A stretch of DNA of 64,000 bases, taken from positions 160,001 through 224,000 of the forward strand of contig CAXWPL010000005.1 in assembly GCA_963666215.2 (NCBI GenBank), written 5' to 3'. The DNA is from Acidobacteriota bacterium (GTDB taxonomy: Bacteria > Acidobacteriota > UBA890 > WLXD01). A program made the position numbers and the translations under genes. Shown piece after piece: positions 22,228 through 32,549 of this stretch (position 1 is the first letter of the stretch; each line of letters begins with the position of its first letter). The notes under the pieces are model-generated. The model was not told where the DNA came from, made no database searches, and saw nothing but the letters and a program-made list of their open reading frames with translations.

Positions 22228-23601
22228 CTAGCGCATGCCGGGAAGATTCGCCCAGGACATGCCGCGGCCGCCCTTCTTGCCGATCTTCTTGATCAGCTTG
22301 TGGGCTCGGGTGTACTGCTTGAGTAAACGATTGACATCCTGCACTTCGGTGCCGCTGCCAGCGGCGATCCGCCGGCGACGCGCTCCGTTGACGAGCTTGG
22401 GACGACGCCGCTCCGCCGGTGTCATCGAGTCGATGATCGCTTGCACACGCGTGATCTCGCGGTCATCCACAGCCGGAGCGTCGCCCATCCCCTGCATTCC
22501 CGCTCCCGCCATGCCCGGAACCAGGTCCATGAGTTGCGACAGCGGGCCCATCTTCTGCATCTGTTTGAGCTGCTTACCGAAGTCCTCGAGCGTGAACTCA
22601 CCGCGGCGCAGTCGTTTCTCGAGCCCGGCGGCCTCATCAACATCGACCTGTTCCTGGACGCGCTCGATCAGCGTCAGCACGTCGCCCATACCGAGAATGC
22701 GCGAAGCGAGTCGGTCGGGATGAAAAACCTCGAACTCCTCGAGCTTCTCGCCTACGCCAGCGAAATAGATCGGCGCTCCGGTGACACTCACGATCGACAG
22801 CGCCGCGCCGCCGCGACCATCGCCGTCGAGCTTGGTGAGGATGTGGCCCGAAAGCTCCAGCTCGGCTCCAAAGGCAGTCGCGGCTTCCACGGCGTCCTGC
22901 CCCGCCAGCGAGTCGCCAACGTAGAGGATGTGTTCCGGCTGCACCGCCGCGGCGATGGCTTTTGCCTCGCCCATCATCTCGGCGTCGATGTGCAGCCGTC
23001 CGGCGGTGTCGACCAAGAGCACGTCGTCGCCACGACGGCGAGCTTCTGCGTACGCCGCTTTGGCCAGGCCAACGGCATCGGCGGCGAGTCCGGCGGCCAA
23101 ACCGGCCGCCGTCGGATCGAAAGCTGTAAGACCGGCCTGCTGCGCGACGATCGCGAGCTGTTCACGCGCCGCGGGGCGTTGCACATCAACGGACACCAGC
23201 AGCGGCGAGCGCCCTCGCGAACGCAGCCAACGTCCGAGCTTGCCGGTACTCGTGGTCTTGCCGGCTCCCTGCAAGCCAACCATCATGACCACGTGCGGCG
23301 AACGACCGCTGAAACGCAGCTCGCTGCTCTCTCCGCCGAGCAGTTCGACCAGCTCATCGTTGACAATCTTGATGACCTGCTGCCCGGGAGTCAAAGAGCC
23401 CTGTACGTCCTGGCCGAGAGCCCTCTCCTTGACCGCGGCGAGAAATCGCTTGACCACCTGGAAGTGAACATCGGCCTCGAGAAGCGCCAGACGCAACTCG
23501 CGCGCCATGGTGTCGAAGGAGCGCTCATCGACTTTTGCTGCACCACGCAGGCCGCGCAGAGCGCCCTGTAGTCGCTGTGTGAGTTGTCCGAACATCGCCA
23601 T
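22228..23601 (-). CDS. ffh: Signal recognition particle protein Ffh
   Basis: GLQGAGKTT, DTAGR, TKLDGDGRGG, M domain RRRRIAAGSG. Confidence 0.98.
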   Translation of the reverse strand: MAMFGQLTQRLQGALRGLRGAAKVDERSFDTMARELRLALLEADVHFQVVKRFLAAVKERALGQDVQGSLTPGQQVIKIVNDELVELLGGESSELRFSGRSPHVVMMVGLQGAGKTTSTGKLGRWLRSRGRSPLLVSVDVQRPAAREQLAIVAQQAGLTAFDPTAAGLAAGLAADAVGLAKAAYAEARRRGDDVLLVDTAGRLHIDAEMMGEAKAIAAAVQPEHILYVGDSLAGQDAVEAATAFGAELELSGHILTKLDGDGRGGAALSIVSVTGAPIYFAGVGEKLEEFEVFHPDRLASRILGMGDVLTLIERVQEQVDVDEAAGLEKRLRRGEFTLEDFGKQLKQMQKMGPLSQLMDLVPGMAGAGMQGMGDAPAVDDREITRVQAIIDSMTPAERRRPKLVNGARRRRIAAGSGTEVQDVNRLLKQYTRAHKLIKKIGKKGGRGMSWANLPGMR

Positions 23602-23683
23602 GGCTGATCTTCTTCGAGTTCAGGCCTGTCTCGCGTCTAGAGCGCCGCTCGCGCTCGACGCGAGCGTTGATTCCCGCAAGCCC

Positions 23684-24886
23684 TCAGACCGACTTGAGCG
23701 TGTGCCCCAGCTTTTCCTTCTTCGTTTTCAGGTAGGCTCGTGTCATCTCGGTGGGCTCGATTTCCACCGGCAGCCGCTCCACGATCTCGAGTCCGTAGCC
23801 GGCAAGCCCGACGAACTTGCGCGGGTTGTTGGTCATCAATCGCAGCTGCTTGACGCCCAGATCGGTGAGCATCTGCGCGCCAATGCCGTACTCGCGCTGA
23901 TCGGGCTTGAAGCCCAGCGCGACATTCGCCTCCACGGTGTCGGCGCCCTCGTCCTGCAGCTCGTAGGCGCGCAACTTGTTGTGCAGGCCGATGCCGCGCC
24001 CCTCCTGGCGCAGATACACCAGCACACCGCGGCTCTCCTCGGCAATTCTCGTCAGTGCGGCGTCCAGCTGATCGCCGCAGTCGCAGCGCGACGAACCGAA
24101 CACGTCGCCGGTCAAGCACTCCGAATGGACGCGGGCCAGAACCGGCTCCGGTGTGGAGACGTCGCCCAGGACGAGCGCCACGTGTTCCTTGCCGTCGAGC
24201 TCGTTCTCGTAGGCGTAGATGCGGAAGTCTCCGTGCCGCGTCGGCAGCTCCGGTGACGCGACGCGTCTTACGAAGCGCTCGGTGCGCAGCCGATAGGTGA
24301 TCAGATCGGCAATCGCGATGATCTTGATGTCGTGCTCGGCGGCGAACTTCTCGAGGTCCGGAACGCGAGCCATGGTGCCGTCTTCGTTCATCACCTCGCA
24401 GATCACCCCCGAAGGGTGGAGGCCCGCGATGCGCGACAAGTCGACCGCGGCCTCGGTTTGACCGGCGCGTTGCAGAACGCCACCCTCCGCGGCGCGCAAG
24501 GGGAACATGTGCCCCGGGCGCGCCAGGTCGCTGGGAACGGTCGTGGGATCGATGGCCGTCTGCACAGTGGCGCAGCGGTCGGCGGCCGAGATACCGGTGG
24601 AAACGCGGCGCCTGGCTTCGATCGATACGCAGAAGGCCGTGTTGTACTTCGACGAGTTCTCCGAAACCATCAGCGGTACTTCGAGCTCATCGAGCCGTTC
24701 GCGGGTCATCGACAGACAGATCAGCCCGCGACCGTGCGTGGCCATGAAGTTGATCGATTCGGGGGTGATCTTCTCGGCCGCGATCGTCAGGTCGCCTTCG
24801 TTTTCGCGATCCTCGTCGTCGACGACGATCACGAAGCGACCGGCGCGAATATCTGCGACAGCATCCTCGATCTTGGCAAAGCTCAT
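23684..24886 (-). CDS. ribBA: Bifunctional DHBP synthase / GTP cyclohydrolase II
   Basis: [42 protein letters not shown]. Confidence 0.97.
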   Translation of the reverse strand: MSFAKIEDAVADIRAGRFVIVVDDEDRENEGDLTIAAEKITPESINFMATHGRGLICLSMTRERLDELEVPLMVSENSSKYNTAFCVSIEARRRVSTGISAADRCATVQTAIDPTTVPSDLARPGHMFPLRAAEGGVLQRAGQTEAAVDLSRIAGLHPSGVICEVMNEDGTMARVPDLEKFAAEHDIKIIAIADLITYRLRTERFVRRVASPELPTRHGDFRIYAYENELDGKEHVALVLGDVSTPEPVLARVHSECLTGDVFGSSRCDCGDQLDAALTRIAEESRGVLVYLRQEGRGIGLHNKLRAYELQDEGADTVEANVALGFKPDQREYGIGAQMLTDLGVKQLRLMTNNPRKFVGLAGYGLEIVERLPVEIEPTEMTRAYLKTKKEKLGHTLKSV

Positions 24887-24892
24887 CGGTTC

Positions 24893-25516
24893 TTACCCAC
24901 TATGCCCGCCCGTGTCGACCTGGCCGGCATGTCCGCTGAGGAGTTGCGACACGTACTTGCCGAGGATGTCGACCTCGACGTTCAGGGCCTCGGCACGTTC
25001 GTCGTTGACCAGGTTGGTCCGCTCCAGTGTGTGGGGAACGAGCTGGACGTCGAACACATCCTTCCGAATCGAGGCGACGGTCAGTGATACCCCGCTGAGC
25101 GCCACCGAGCCCTTCTCGACCAAGAAAGGGCGCAGCCCGTCGGGAATCGTGAAGGTCATGCGTACGAACTCGCCCTCGCGCGCGACGGCCACGACGCGCG
25201 ACACGCCATCGACGTGGCCCTGGACGAAGTGTCCACCTAGCCGTTGTCCCACGGCCAGCGGGCGCTCGAGATTGACGGCGGTGCCGACTCTCATCTGCCC
25301 GAGGTTGGTGCGCGCGATGGTCTCCGGCGACACATCTGCCGACAATCCCTCAGGCGTCACGTGCAGCGCGGTCAGGCAAACGCCGTCGAGCGCCAAGCTG
25401 TCGCCCTCGCCGAGGTCGCCGAGCACGCGCTGTGCTTCGATGGATAGACGGAAACCACTCTCGAGGGGCTCGATGCGGGAGACGCGTCCAACTTCTTCGA
25501 TCAGGCCGGTGAACAT
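24893..25516 (-). CDS. ribE: Riboflavin synthase
   Basis: MFTGLIEE, GVCLT, VNLER, GGHFVQGHVD, KGSVALSGVSLTV. Confidence 0.96.
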   Translation of the reverse strand: MFTGLIEEVGRVSRIEPLESGFRLSIEAQRVLGDLGEGDSLALDGVCLTALHVTPEGLSADVSPETIARTNLGQMRVGTAVNLERPLAVGQRLGGHFVQGHVDGVSRVVAVAREGEFVRMTFTIPDGLRPFLVEKGSVALSGVSLTVASIRKDVFDVQLVPHTLERTNLVNDERAEALNVEVDILGKYVSQLLSGHAGQVDTGGHSG

Positions 25517-25637
25517 CGACGTGCATAACCTGCGGGCTACGGACCGAGCGCCGCTAGATCTGCCGATCCAGCGGGGACCTGATCTGGCCAGTTAACGAGC
25601 GTGTGGGCCGCGCCGTGAACCCTCTCCAGCGAACGAC

Positions 25638-26855
25638 TTAGCCAGTCGCTCGATCGCTCGGTGCCGAAGTTGGAGGCGTTGGCGGCCGTATGTACCCTTC
25701 GATGATCCAGTCCTCGCCCACTCGGTGATGACGGACCCGCTGCAGCCGCGGAGCATCTGCGAGATCGGCAACGCCGTCTCCACCCCAAAGCGGAAGTGCA
25801 TCCGCGCCACCCATGAGCATGGGCGCATAGAAGAGAAATAGCTTGTCGATTATATCAACCTCGAAGGCGCTGGTGAGCAGCGCGCTGCCGCCCTCGATCA
25901 ACACCGTCGCGATTCCGAGATCGGCCATCTGCACGAGGGCGGCGGGTAAGTCGACGCGGCCAGCCGCGTCGGGCTCCGTCACGAAGATCTCGGCGCCGGC
26001 CGCGAGCAAGGCGGCGTGCTGATCGGTTGCTCGGGCCGTGGCCGTACGCGCGGCGCTGGCAACCGTGAAGATCAGCACTCGGCCGACCTGCTCGTGCAGA
26101 ATACGAGCACCGGGCGGCGTCCGCAGCTGCGAGTCGAAGATAACTCGGCAAGCCGGTCCCTGCCCTGCCGCCTTGTCGGCGACGCGCGCGGTCAGTCGTG
26201 GGTCGTCGGCTAGCAGCGTGCCGCTCCCTACTACAACCGCGTCGCAGCCGGCGCGCAGCCGATGTCCGAATTGCCGCGCCTCGGCCCCGGTGATCCACTG
26301 CGACTGCCGCGTACGCGTCGCCATGCGCCCGTCGAGCGACAAGGCCGCCTTGGCAACCACGAAGGGCCGGCCGGACGCTTTGAGCATGAAGTAGCCCTCA
26401 TTGAGCTCGGCCGCTTCGCGCGCTCGCAGCCCGCTGCTCACCTCGATTCCGGCATCGCGCAAGAATCCGAAGCCGCGCCCGTTCACCCGCGGGTCGGGAT
26501 CAATCGTGCAGGACACAACTCGCGTGATCCCGGCCTCGACAATCGCTTCGACGCAGGGAGGCGTGCGGCCGTAGTGACAGCAAGGCTCGATATTCGTATA
26601 GAGCGTCGCTCCACGAGCCAGCTCGCCGGCCTCGGCAAGGGCGAGACGCTCGGCGTGCGCCTGCCCGGCACAGCGGTGATACGCGCGCGCAACCACCTCG
26701 CCACGCCCCACCACCACGGCCCCAACAAGCGGATTGGGACTGGTGCCGCCGCGCGCCAGGCCAGCCTGGCGCAAACACTCATCGAGGTGCTCGCGATCGG
26801 CGGCGACGGCGCGATTCTCGTCGTCGCGCGAGCCGCCACCTGGTTCGTGGGTCAC
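25638..26855 (-). CDS. ribD: Riboflavin biosynthesis deaminase/reductase RibD
   Basis: PNPLVGAV, HAE, EPCCHYGRTPPC, SLDGR, DDPRLTAR, IEGG; GTG 26855 overlaps the ftsY stop. Confidence 0.95.
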   Translation of the reverse strand: MTHEPGGGSRDDENRAVAADREHLDECLRQAGLARGGTSPNPLVGAVVVGRGEVVARAYHRCAGQAHAERLALAEAGELARGATLYTNIEPCCHYGRTPPCVEAIVEAGITRVVSCTIDPDPRVNGRGFGFLRDAGIEVSSGLRAREAAELNEGYFMLKASGRPFVVAKAALSLDGRMATRTRQSQWITGAEARQFGHRLRAGCDAVVVGSGTLLADDPRLTARVADKAAGQGPACRVIFDSQLRTPPGARILHEQVGRVLIFTVASAARTATARATDQHAALLAAGAEIFVTEPDAAGRVDLPAALVQMADLGIATVLIEGGSALLTSAFEVDIIDKLFLFYAPMLMGGADALPLWGGDGVADLADAPRLQRVRHHRVGEDWIIEGYIRPPTPPTSAPSDRATG

Positions 26856-27763
26856 GCCCCGTTGCTCCCCAGCAAGCCGTCGACATAGGCGGCGGCGTCG
26901 AAGCGCTGCATATCGGTGGCACTCTCGCCAACGCCTACATATCGCACGGGCAGTCCCATCGAACGGGCGATCGCCAGCGCAACGCCACCGCGCGCGGTCC
27001 CGTCGAGCTTGGCCAGCACCAATCCTGTAACGCCGGCATGCGTGACGAACTGCTCGGCTTGCCGGAGTCCGTTCTGGCCGGTCGTGGCGTCGAGCACGAG
27101 GAGAACCTCGTGCGGAGCCCCCTGGATCACCTTCCCGGCCACACGGCGAATCTTGTCGAGCTCGGCCATGAGGTTGTCGTGTGTGTGCAAACGTCCGGCG
27201 GTATCGATCAATGCCAGGTCGTGTTGGCGCGCCAGCGCAGCCTCGCAAGTGTCATACACCACGGCCGCCGGATCGCCTCCAGCGCGATGCGCCACAACGG
27301 GAACTTCGAGCCTCCCTCCCCAAACTCGCAACTGCTCCGCAGCTGCCGCCCGGAACGTGTCGGCGGCGCCCAGGATGACGCTATGGCCCGCCACTGTAAA
27401 GCGCGAGGCCAACTTGGCGGCCGTCGTCGTCTTTCCTGTGCCGTTGACGCCGACGAGCAGCCAAACGCGCGTGCCCTGCCCGAGCATCGCCTCCGGATCA
27501 GCACCCTCGACGCCATCGAGGATCTCGGTCATTGCCGCGGCAAGAACGGTCGCAGCGCCGCCGTTCGCCTTCAGCGTGCTTTCCTTACGCAGTTGATCGA
27601 TGAGCTCGGCGACCGTGGTTGGGCCTACATCGGCGGCAATCAGAGCTTCTTCGAGCGACTCGAGCGCCGCGGCATCGAACGCCGACCCTGACGTCAACCT
27701 TGCCAAGGCGCCCGACAAGCGCTCGCGGCTGCGCGCCAGAGCGCGTGTCAGCAACCCTGCCAT
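26852..27763 (-). CDS. ftsY: SRP receptor FtsY
   Basis: GVNGTGKTTT, DTFRAAA, DTAGRL, DATTGQN, KLDGTARGG. Confidence 0.97.
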   Translation of the reverse strand: MAGLLTRALARSRERLSGALARLTSGSAFDAAALESLEEALIAADVGPTTVAELIDQLRKESTLKANGGAATVLAAAMTEILDGVEGADPEAMLGQGTRVWLLVGVNGTGKTTTAAKLASRFTVAGHSVILGAADTFRAAAAEQLRVWGGRLEVPVVAHRAGGDPAAVVYDTCEAALARQHDLALIDTAGRLHTHDNLMAELDKIRRVAGKVIQGAPHEVLLVLDATTGQNGLRQAEQFVTHAGVTGLVLAKLDGTARGGVALAIARSMGLPVRYVGVGESATDMQRFDAAAYVDGLLGSNGA

Positions 27764-27919
27764 CGCTCCGCACGCCTCCCCAGGTGCACGCTCATTCGTT
27801 CGCGTGGAAAGTTATCGTCGGCGCTGACCCGAACGACGCGCGGGCGCCAGGCGTGGAAGGCGCCGGTATGGGCGTCCGACGAACCCGACGATCCCTGGCC
27901 GTGCCAGATTATCTCTTGT

Positions 27920-28759
27920 TTATCGCTGCCCAATGACGCTCGGCAACGCGGCCAGAGCGTCCAGGGCCCGCTGCGCATGCGCCGTTCCCGGCGCGGCGCG
28001 CAACACCTCCTGCAGGTGCTCGCGCGCCCGTCTGTCCTCGCCCAGATCACGATAGGCCAGACCGGTCAGAAGCTCGGCCTCGGCGTGCTTGCGTTGTCCG
28101 CCCACCAGATCGCGCAACGTAGCGAGCGTTTCTTCGCCTCGCCCGCTCTTGAGCAGCGACTCGGCGAGATTCACACGAATCAGCGAGTACAGCGGATCGC
28201 TGGTCGCCATGCCGGTCTGATTGGCCTCACTCAACACCGCGATCGCAGCGCCCAGATCGCCGCGCTCGATATGGACCACACCGAGGTTGGCGAGCACTCG
28301 TGCGCGCGAGATGGGTGGAAAGGCCGGATCGCGCAGGGCGAGCATGTACTCGGCCACCGCGCGATCGAGGTCCCCGCGGCGGGCCCAGTAAACGCCGAAC
28401 CAATTGTGCGCCTCGGTGAGCCGCGGGTTCGTCGCGAGGGCGCGCCCGAAGGAGGCCTCTGCACCGTCGAGATCATTGAGCTGGGTGAGCGCCACACCGA
28501 CCCACATGTGGGTCTCGGCGTTGTCCGGGACCGTCTGCAGCGCTTTGTTGAGCGCCGCGAGCGCATCCTGAGGCTGGTTCACCCGGATGAACTGAATCGC
28601 CAGATGCTGCAACTCGAGCGGATCCTCGGCGACGGCAATCAGCGGATCAACCCGCTGGGCCCACGCGAGGCCGGGCAGCGCCAGCCACAGCGCGGCGAGC
28701 GATAACAGCAGAAAAGCCGCAGACGACCGCGGCGCACGACCGATGGTGCTTGTGCACAT
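27920..28759 (-). CDS. Exported tetratricopeptide-repeat protein (PilF/PilW-like)
   Basis: Signal peptide ending AWA-Q; tandem TPR helices (AETHMWVGVAL, EAHNWFGVYW, ARVLANLGVV). Confidence 0.75.
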   Translation of the reverse strand: MCTSTIGRAPRSSAAFLLLSLAALWLALPGLAWAQRVDPLIAVAEDPLELQHLAIQFIRVNQPQDALAALNKALQTVPDNAETHMWVGVALTQLNDLDGAEASFGRALATNPRLTEAHNWFGVYWARRGDLDRAVAEYMLALRDPAFPPISRARVLANLGVVHIERGDLGAAIAVLSEANQTGMATSDPLYSLIRVNLAESLLKSGRGEETLATLRDLVGGQRKHAEAELLTGLAYRDLGEDRRAREHLQEVLRAAPGTAHAQRALDALAALPSVIGQR

Positions 28760-28956
28760 AGACCCACCCCTGTCGACGATCCGGATGTACCGATCTCGCC
28801 CCCGTCGCAGATGGTAACCCAAGGGGCCGCCCGCGCGCACTCACGGCGTCGAATGACGCGAATGCGGGCGGCGCCTGATCAGCGCCAGATCAGCGCGGAT
28901 CGGCCGGTCGGCGCGCTTCCTCGCCGCCGCAGCGGACCAGCCCTCGGTGCTCGTGG

Positions 28957-29997
28957 CTACTCTTCGACCAGGGCGCGGGCCAGCAGCTCATCGATAGCGG
29001 TTCGGGGATCTTTGCCGCCATGCAAGATATCGTAAACTTGATTGGTGATCGGCAGCTCAACGCCGTGCCGATCTGCAACCTGGCGTGCTGAGGTCACCGT
29101 GACAACGCCCTCGGCGACCATGCTCATGCCCGCCGTGACCTCCGCCAAGCTCCTGCCTCCCCCAACCTCCAGGCCCACCTGACGGTTGCGGCTCAGCGGC
29201 CCGGTGCAGGTCAAGACGAGGTCGCCGAGCCCAGCCAGGCCGGCGAGCGTTTGCGGTTGCCCGCCGAGTGCTGCCGCCAGCACCGACATCTCCTTGAGAC
29301 CGCGACAGATGAGACCGGCACGGGTGTTCGTGCCGAGACCCAGCCCGTCGGAAATACCCGCGGCCAGCGCGATCACGTTCTTCAGTGCGCCGCCGAGCTC
29401 AACACCCACCAGGTCGGAGTTCCGATAAACCCGCAGAGGCCCGTGACTGAGAGCCCGCTGTACACGCTCGGCCGACGATGCATCCAGGCAGCCTAGCGTC
29501 ACGGCCGTCGGTTGTCCCTGAGCCAGCTCTAGCGCGAACGACGGCCCCGAGAGAGCCGACAGTCGTGCTCGGTCACCGATACATGTGGCAAGCACCTCCG
29601 TCATCCGCAGTCCGCTGTCGGGCTCGATTCCCTTGGTCGCCGACACGACGTCGATCGCGTCGGGCAGGAGCTGGGCCAACTGCTGCCAGGTTCCGCGAAG
29701 AAACTTTGAGGGCACGACGCTGAGCACCAGCTCGGCGCTCTGCAGCGCGACGGCCGCATCGGACGTTGGAGTGACGAGCTCGTGGAGCTTGATCTGCGGC
29801 AGGTAGCGGTTGTTCCGCCGGTCGGCCGCCATCCTGGCCACACGCTCTGGGTGGCGCCCCCAAAGGCGCACCGTATGACCGCTGCGCGCGGCGTGGTGAG
29901 CGAGCGCGGTCCCCCACGAGCCAGCGCCGACAACTGCGACTCGTAACGAACGTGGTGAGCGCTCGGCTTCGTGGGTTGGGCTGTCACAACCGGTCAC
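28957..29997 (-). CDS. gpsA: NAD(P)H-dependent glycerol-3-phosphate dehydrogenase
   Basis: VVGAGSWGTALA, ATKGIE, LSGPSFA, GGALKNV, GDLVLTC..SRN. Confidence 0.97.
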   Translation of the reverse strand: MTGCDSPTHEAERSPRSLRVAVVGAGSWGTALAHHAARSGHTVRLWGRHPERVARMAADRRNNRYLPQIKLHELVTPTSDAAVALQSAELVLSVVPSKFLRGTWQQLAQLLPDAIDVVSATKGIEPDSGLRMTEVLATCIGDRARLSALSGPSFALELAQGQPTAVTLGCLDASSAERVQRALSHGPLRVYRNSDLVGVELGGALKNVIALAAGISDGLGLGTNTRAGLICRGLKEMSVLAAALGGQPQTLAGLAGLGDLVLTCTGPLSRNRQVGLEVGGGRSLAEVTAGMSMVAEGVVTVTSARQVADRHGVELPITNQVYDILHGGKDPRTAIDELLARALVEE

Positions 29998-30015
29998 TGA
30001 GATCCTCGCTCTAGG

Positions 30016-31058
30016 TGTGTTTTCTAAGTAGGTTGTTCACATCGGGGCTCACTTCTGAGATCAATGGGGTTGTTCAAAAGACTCCACGACCTCAGAAGGA
30101 GCGCCCGATGCAGCTGCATGGTAACGCCCGCACGACGCCGTATATACGCCGAGAGATGGTCCGCCGAGTCCGGGAGCGGGCGGAGCCCGTGACGGAAACG
30201 GCGGCGGCGCTCGGCGTGTCGGCTCGAACGGTTTACAAGTGGCTGGATAGATACGAGCGAGAAGGTGAGGCCGGGCTGCTCGATCGATCAAGCCGGCCGA
30301 CGTGCTGTCCGCACGCAACAAGCGCTGGAGTTGTGAGGCAGATCGACAAGCTACGTCGGCGGCGACTGACGGCCTGGCAGATCAGCCGAAGGTTGGCTGT
30401 GCCGCGCTCGACCGTCTCGGCGTGGCTGAAGCGGCTCGGACTCGCCAAGCTTGATGCGCTCGAGCCCAAGCCCGAGATCGTTCGCTACGAGTACGAGCAC
30501 CCCGGTGACCTACTGCACCTGGATACGAAGAAACTGGCCCGTATCCGGCGACCTGGACACCGCATCCACGGCGACCGCTCCAAGCGGGCCTACGGCGTCG
30601 GCTGGGAGAACGCCCACGTCGCTATCGACGATCACTCTCGGGTGGCGTACGTCGAAGTGCTGCCCGCCGAAGACCAACACACCTGCACAGCGTTCCTGCA
30701 GCGAGCCGTCGAGCACTTCGCTTCGATGGGAGTAGCGGTGCGCCGAGTGATGACAGACAACGGGCCTGGCTACGTCTCGAAGCGCTTCAATCGCCTATGC
30801 CATCAACTCGAGATCCGGCACATTTACACCCGGCCCTACACCCCCAGAACCAACGGCAAAGCCGAACGCTTCATCCGCACACTCAAGGAGCAGTGGGCCT
30901 ACGGCACCTGCTACCAGACCTCAGCTCGACGTACTCGAGCTCTACGGCCCTGGCTCAACCACTACAATCGTCACCGTCCCCACGCCGGCATCGGCATGAC
31001 ACCGCCGATCGCTCGGCTCTCAGGGGTGAGTTCGTGAACAACCTACCTAGAACTCACA
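30016..31058 (+). mobile_element. IS481-family insertion sequence, copy 1 (1043 bp)
   Basis: TGT..ACA ends; 25-bp terminal IRs with 22/25 match; 6-bp direct repeat TCTAGG at 30010-30015 and 31059-31064. Confidence 0.96.
30108..31037 (+). CDS. IS481-family DDE transposase
   Basis: MQLHGNARTT, HTH, PGDLLHLDTKKL, IDDHSR, MTDNG, TNGKAERF, YNRHRPH. Confidence 0.96.
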   Translation: MQLHGNARTTPYIRREMVRRVRERAEPVTETAAALGVSARTVYKWLDRYEREGEAGLLDRSSRPTCCPHATSAGVVRQIDKLRRRRLTAWQISRRLAVPRSTVSAWLKRLGLAKLDALEPKPEIVRYEYEHPGDLLHLDTKKLARIRRPGHRIHGDRSKRAYGVGWENAHVAIDDHSRVAYVEVLPAEDQHTCTAFLQRAVEHFASMGVAVRRVMTDNGPGYVSKRFNRLCHQLEIRHIYTRPYTPRTNGKAERFIRTLKEQWAYGTCYQTSARRTRALRPWLNHYNRHRPHAGIGMTPPIARLSGVSS

Positions 31059-31816
31059 TCTAGGTGCGTGTCTTGGCTCCGACCCACAGTCTCCTGGGGC
31101 TCGCCAGGCTCGGCAACTCCGCCCGTCAACGAATCCGGATGCGGACCCCGATCGCGATCCGGCTCGCCCTCGGTACCGGCGCGAAGTCGATCGATGTTCG
31201 TCCGATGACGCCAGACCACCAGTATGAGCGTTGCCGTCGCCGCCAACTGTGTGGCAAGCGGCTGAGACAACGCCCAGCTGCCCACCACGAGCATCATGGC
31301 GGCGGCGAGCGAGCCCACCGACGCGAACCGCCAGACCCCCGCCGCGGCAATGAACGCCACAACTGCAGCCAGCGCCACGGCGGGCGCCAGCACCGCGAAG
31401 GAACCCAGCATCGTCGCCACGCCCTTGCCGCCTCGCCAACCCAGCCACGGCGTGTAGCAGTGTCCCAAGATGGCCCCGAACGCGACGGCGGCCGGCAGCC
31501 AACCGGCGTCCACGCTCGATCCGAATCCACCGAGCGCAGTCGCGTTGGCGGTTGCCTCGAGCCGGCTCGCCGCCGTGCTCGACTCCCAACCCTGGGCCAT
31601 CGCGACCGCCACAGCTCCCTTGCCCGCGTCGGCGAGCAGAGTCGCCAACCACCCGACGCGCCCGAGCTCCCTGGAAACGTTGGTCGCGCCAATGTTGCCG
31701 GTCCCGACGTCGCGGATGTCGGTGCCACGCAAGCCGCGCACGAACAGATATCCAAACGGGATGCTCCCGAGAAGAAACGCCGCGATCACGAGCCCAACCA
31801 CCGCGATGAAGCTCAT
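31043..31816 (-). CDS. plsY: Glycerol-3-phosphate acyltransferase PlsY (last 5 codons and stop supplied by the IS)
   Basis: LLGSIPFG, GTGNIGATNV, DAGKG, GHCY..GGKGVAT, RHRTNIDRL. Confidence 0.95.
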   Translation of the reverse strand: MSFIAVVGLVIAAFLLGSIPFGYLFVRGLRGTDIRDVGTGNIGATNVSRELGRVGWLATLLADAGKGAVAVAMAQGWESSTAASRLEATANATALGGFGSSVDAGWLPAAVAFGAILGHCYTPWLGWRGGKGVATMLGSFAVLAPAVALAAVVAFIAAAGVWRFASVGSLAAAMMLVVGSWALSQPLATQLAATATLILVVWRHRTNIDRLRAGTEGEPDRDRGPHPDSLTGGVAEPGEPQETVGRSQDTHLDVSSR

Positions 31817-31858
31817 CTCGACCTCACGCCCCGCGCTCGGAGCGGACTTCGTGCCGGC

Positions 31859-32524
31859 TCATGCCTGGTCCTGCCGCTGTGGGCTGCCGCGCAGCGCCTG
31901 CTCGGTGATCAGCTCCATGAGCTCGAGCACCGCCGAGCGCCGCACCTCTTCTCGTGAACCACCGAAAGAACGCCGAACGCAGATCGTCTCGCTGTTGCGA
32001 TCAAGATTCCCGGCATCAACGGCCAAGTACACCGTCCCGACCGGATCCCGTGCTCGCTCGGGTTCGAGATCAAGCGGCGGCACCGAAGCACGCGGCGCCA
32101 GATCGCCGATGGGTCCCGCCCAGCCGGTAACCGATGCGCCGATGTCGGCACCGCTTTTTCGGCGCACCGAGGCGGCGAGGGCCAGCGTTGTGGCGCGGGA
32201 CACAGGTCCGTGACGCGCCACGCTGCCGCTGTCGAGATCGGCAAGCGCGACCTTCGCGTCATCGCTATAGACAACCAGCCCGCCCCACAACACGAGCGAA
32301 GCGCCAGGAACGGCACTGATCGCCGCCGCAACCGCGCCTCCGGTGCAGGACTCTGCTAGCGCAACCCGCAACCCGCGCTCGCCGAGAGTCACAACCAACT
32401 TCGCCGCTAGCGTGGCCTCGTAGCTCCGCGTTTCAGGTGACAAGTCGTCGGTCGAGCTCGCTCCAACGTCGGCCAAACCATCCGCCCGCTCGGAGCTCGA
32501 CGCGCAGCCTTGGGTCGTGATCAC
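31859..32524 (-). CDS. CinA C-terminal / NMN deamidase PncC-like protein
   Basis: AESCTGG, VPGAS, VVYSDDAK, HGPVS, SVTGWAGP, PVGTVY; follows pgpA. Confidence 0.88.
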   Translation of the reverse strand: MITTQGCASSSERADGLADVGASSTDDLSPETRSYEATLAAKLVVTLGERGLRVALAESCTGGAVAAAISAVPGASLVLWGGLVVYSDDAKVALADLDSGSVARHGPVSRATTLALAASVRRKSGADIGASVTGWAGPIGDLAPRASVPPLDLEPERARDPVGTVYLAVDAGNLDRNSETICVRRSFGGSREEVRRSAVLELMELITEQALRGSPQRQDQA

Positions 32525-32549
32525 GGGCCGGCCGCTCCTTGTTCCGACC

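Noticed and set aside
25638-27248. Long N-terminal extensions in the ORF track for ribD, ftsK (8072), pgpA (33386), the nucleotidyltransferase (37260), tsf (42228), thrC (54138) and the transposases (30015, 59403)
   Set aside because: They overlap upstream genes or IS ends, or extend beyond recognisable homology; downstream starts with SD or stop-start coupling fit better.
27764-27919. SRP RNA (ffs) or another ncRNA near ftsY/ffh
   Set aside because: I found no CAGG..GGAA..AGCA domain IV motif in this spacer or in 23602-23683.
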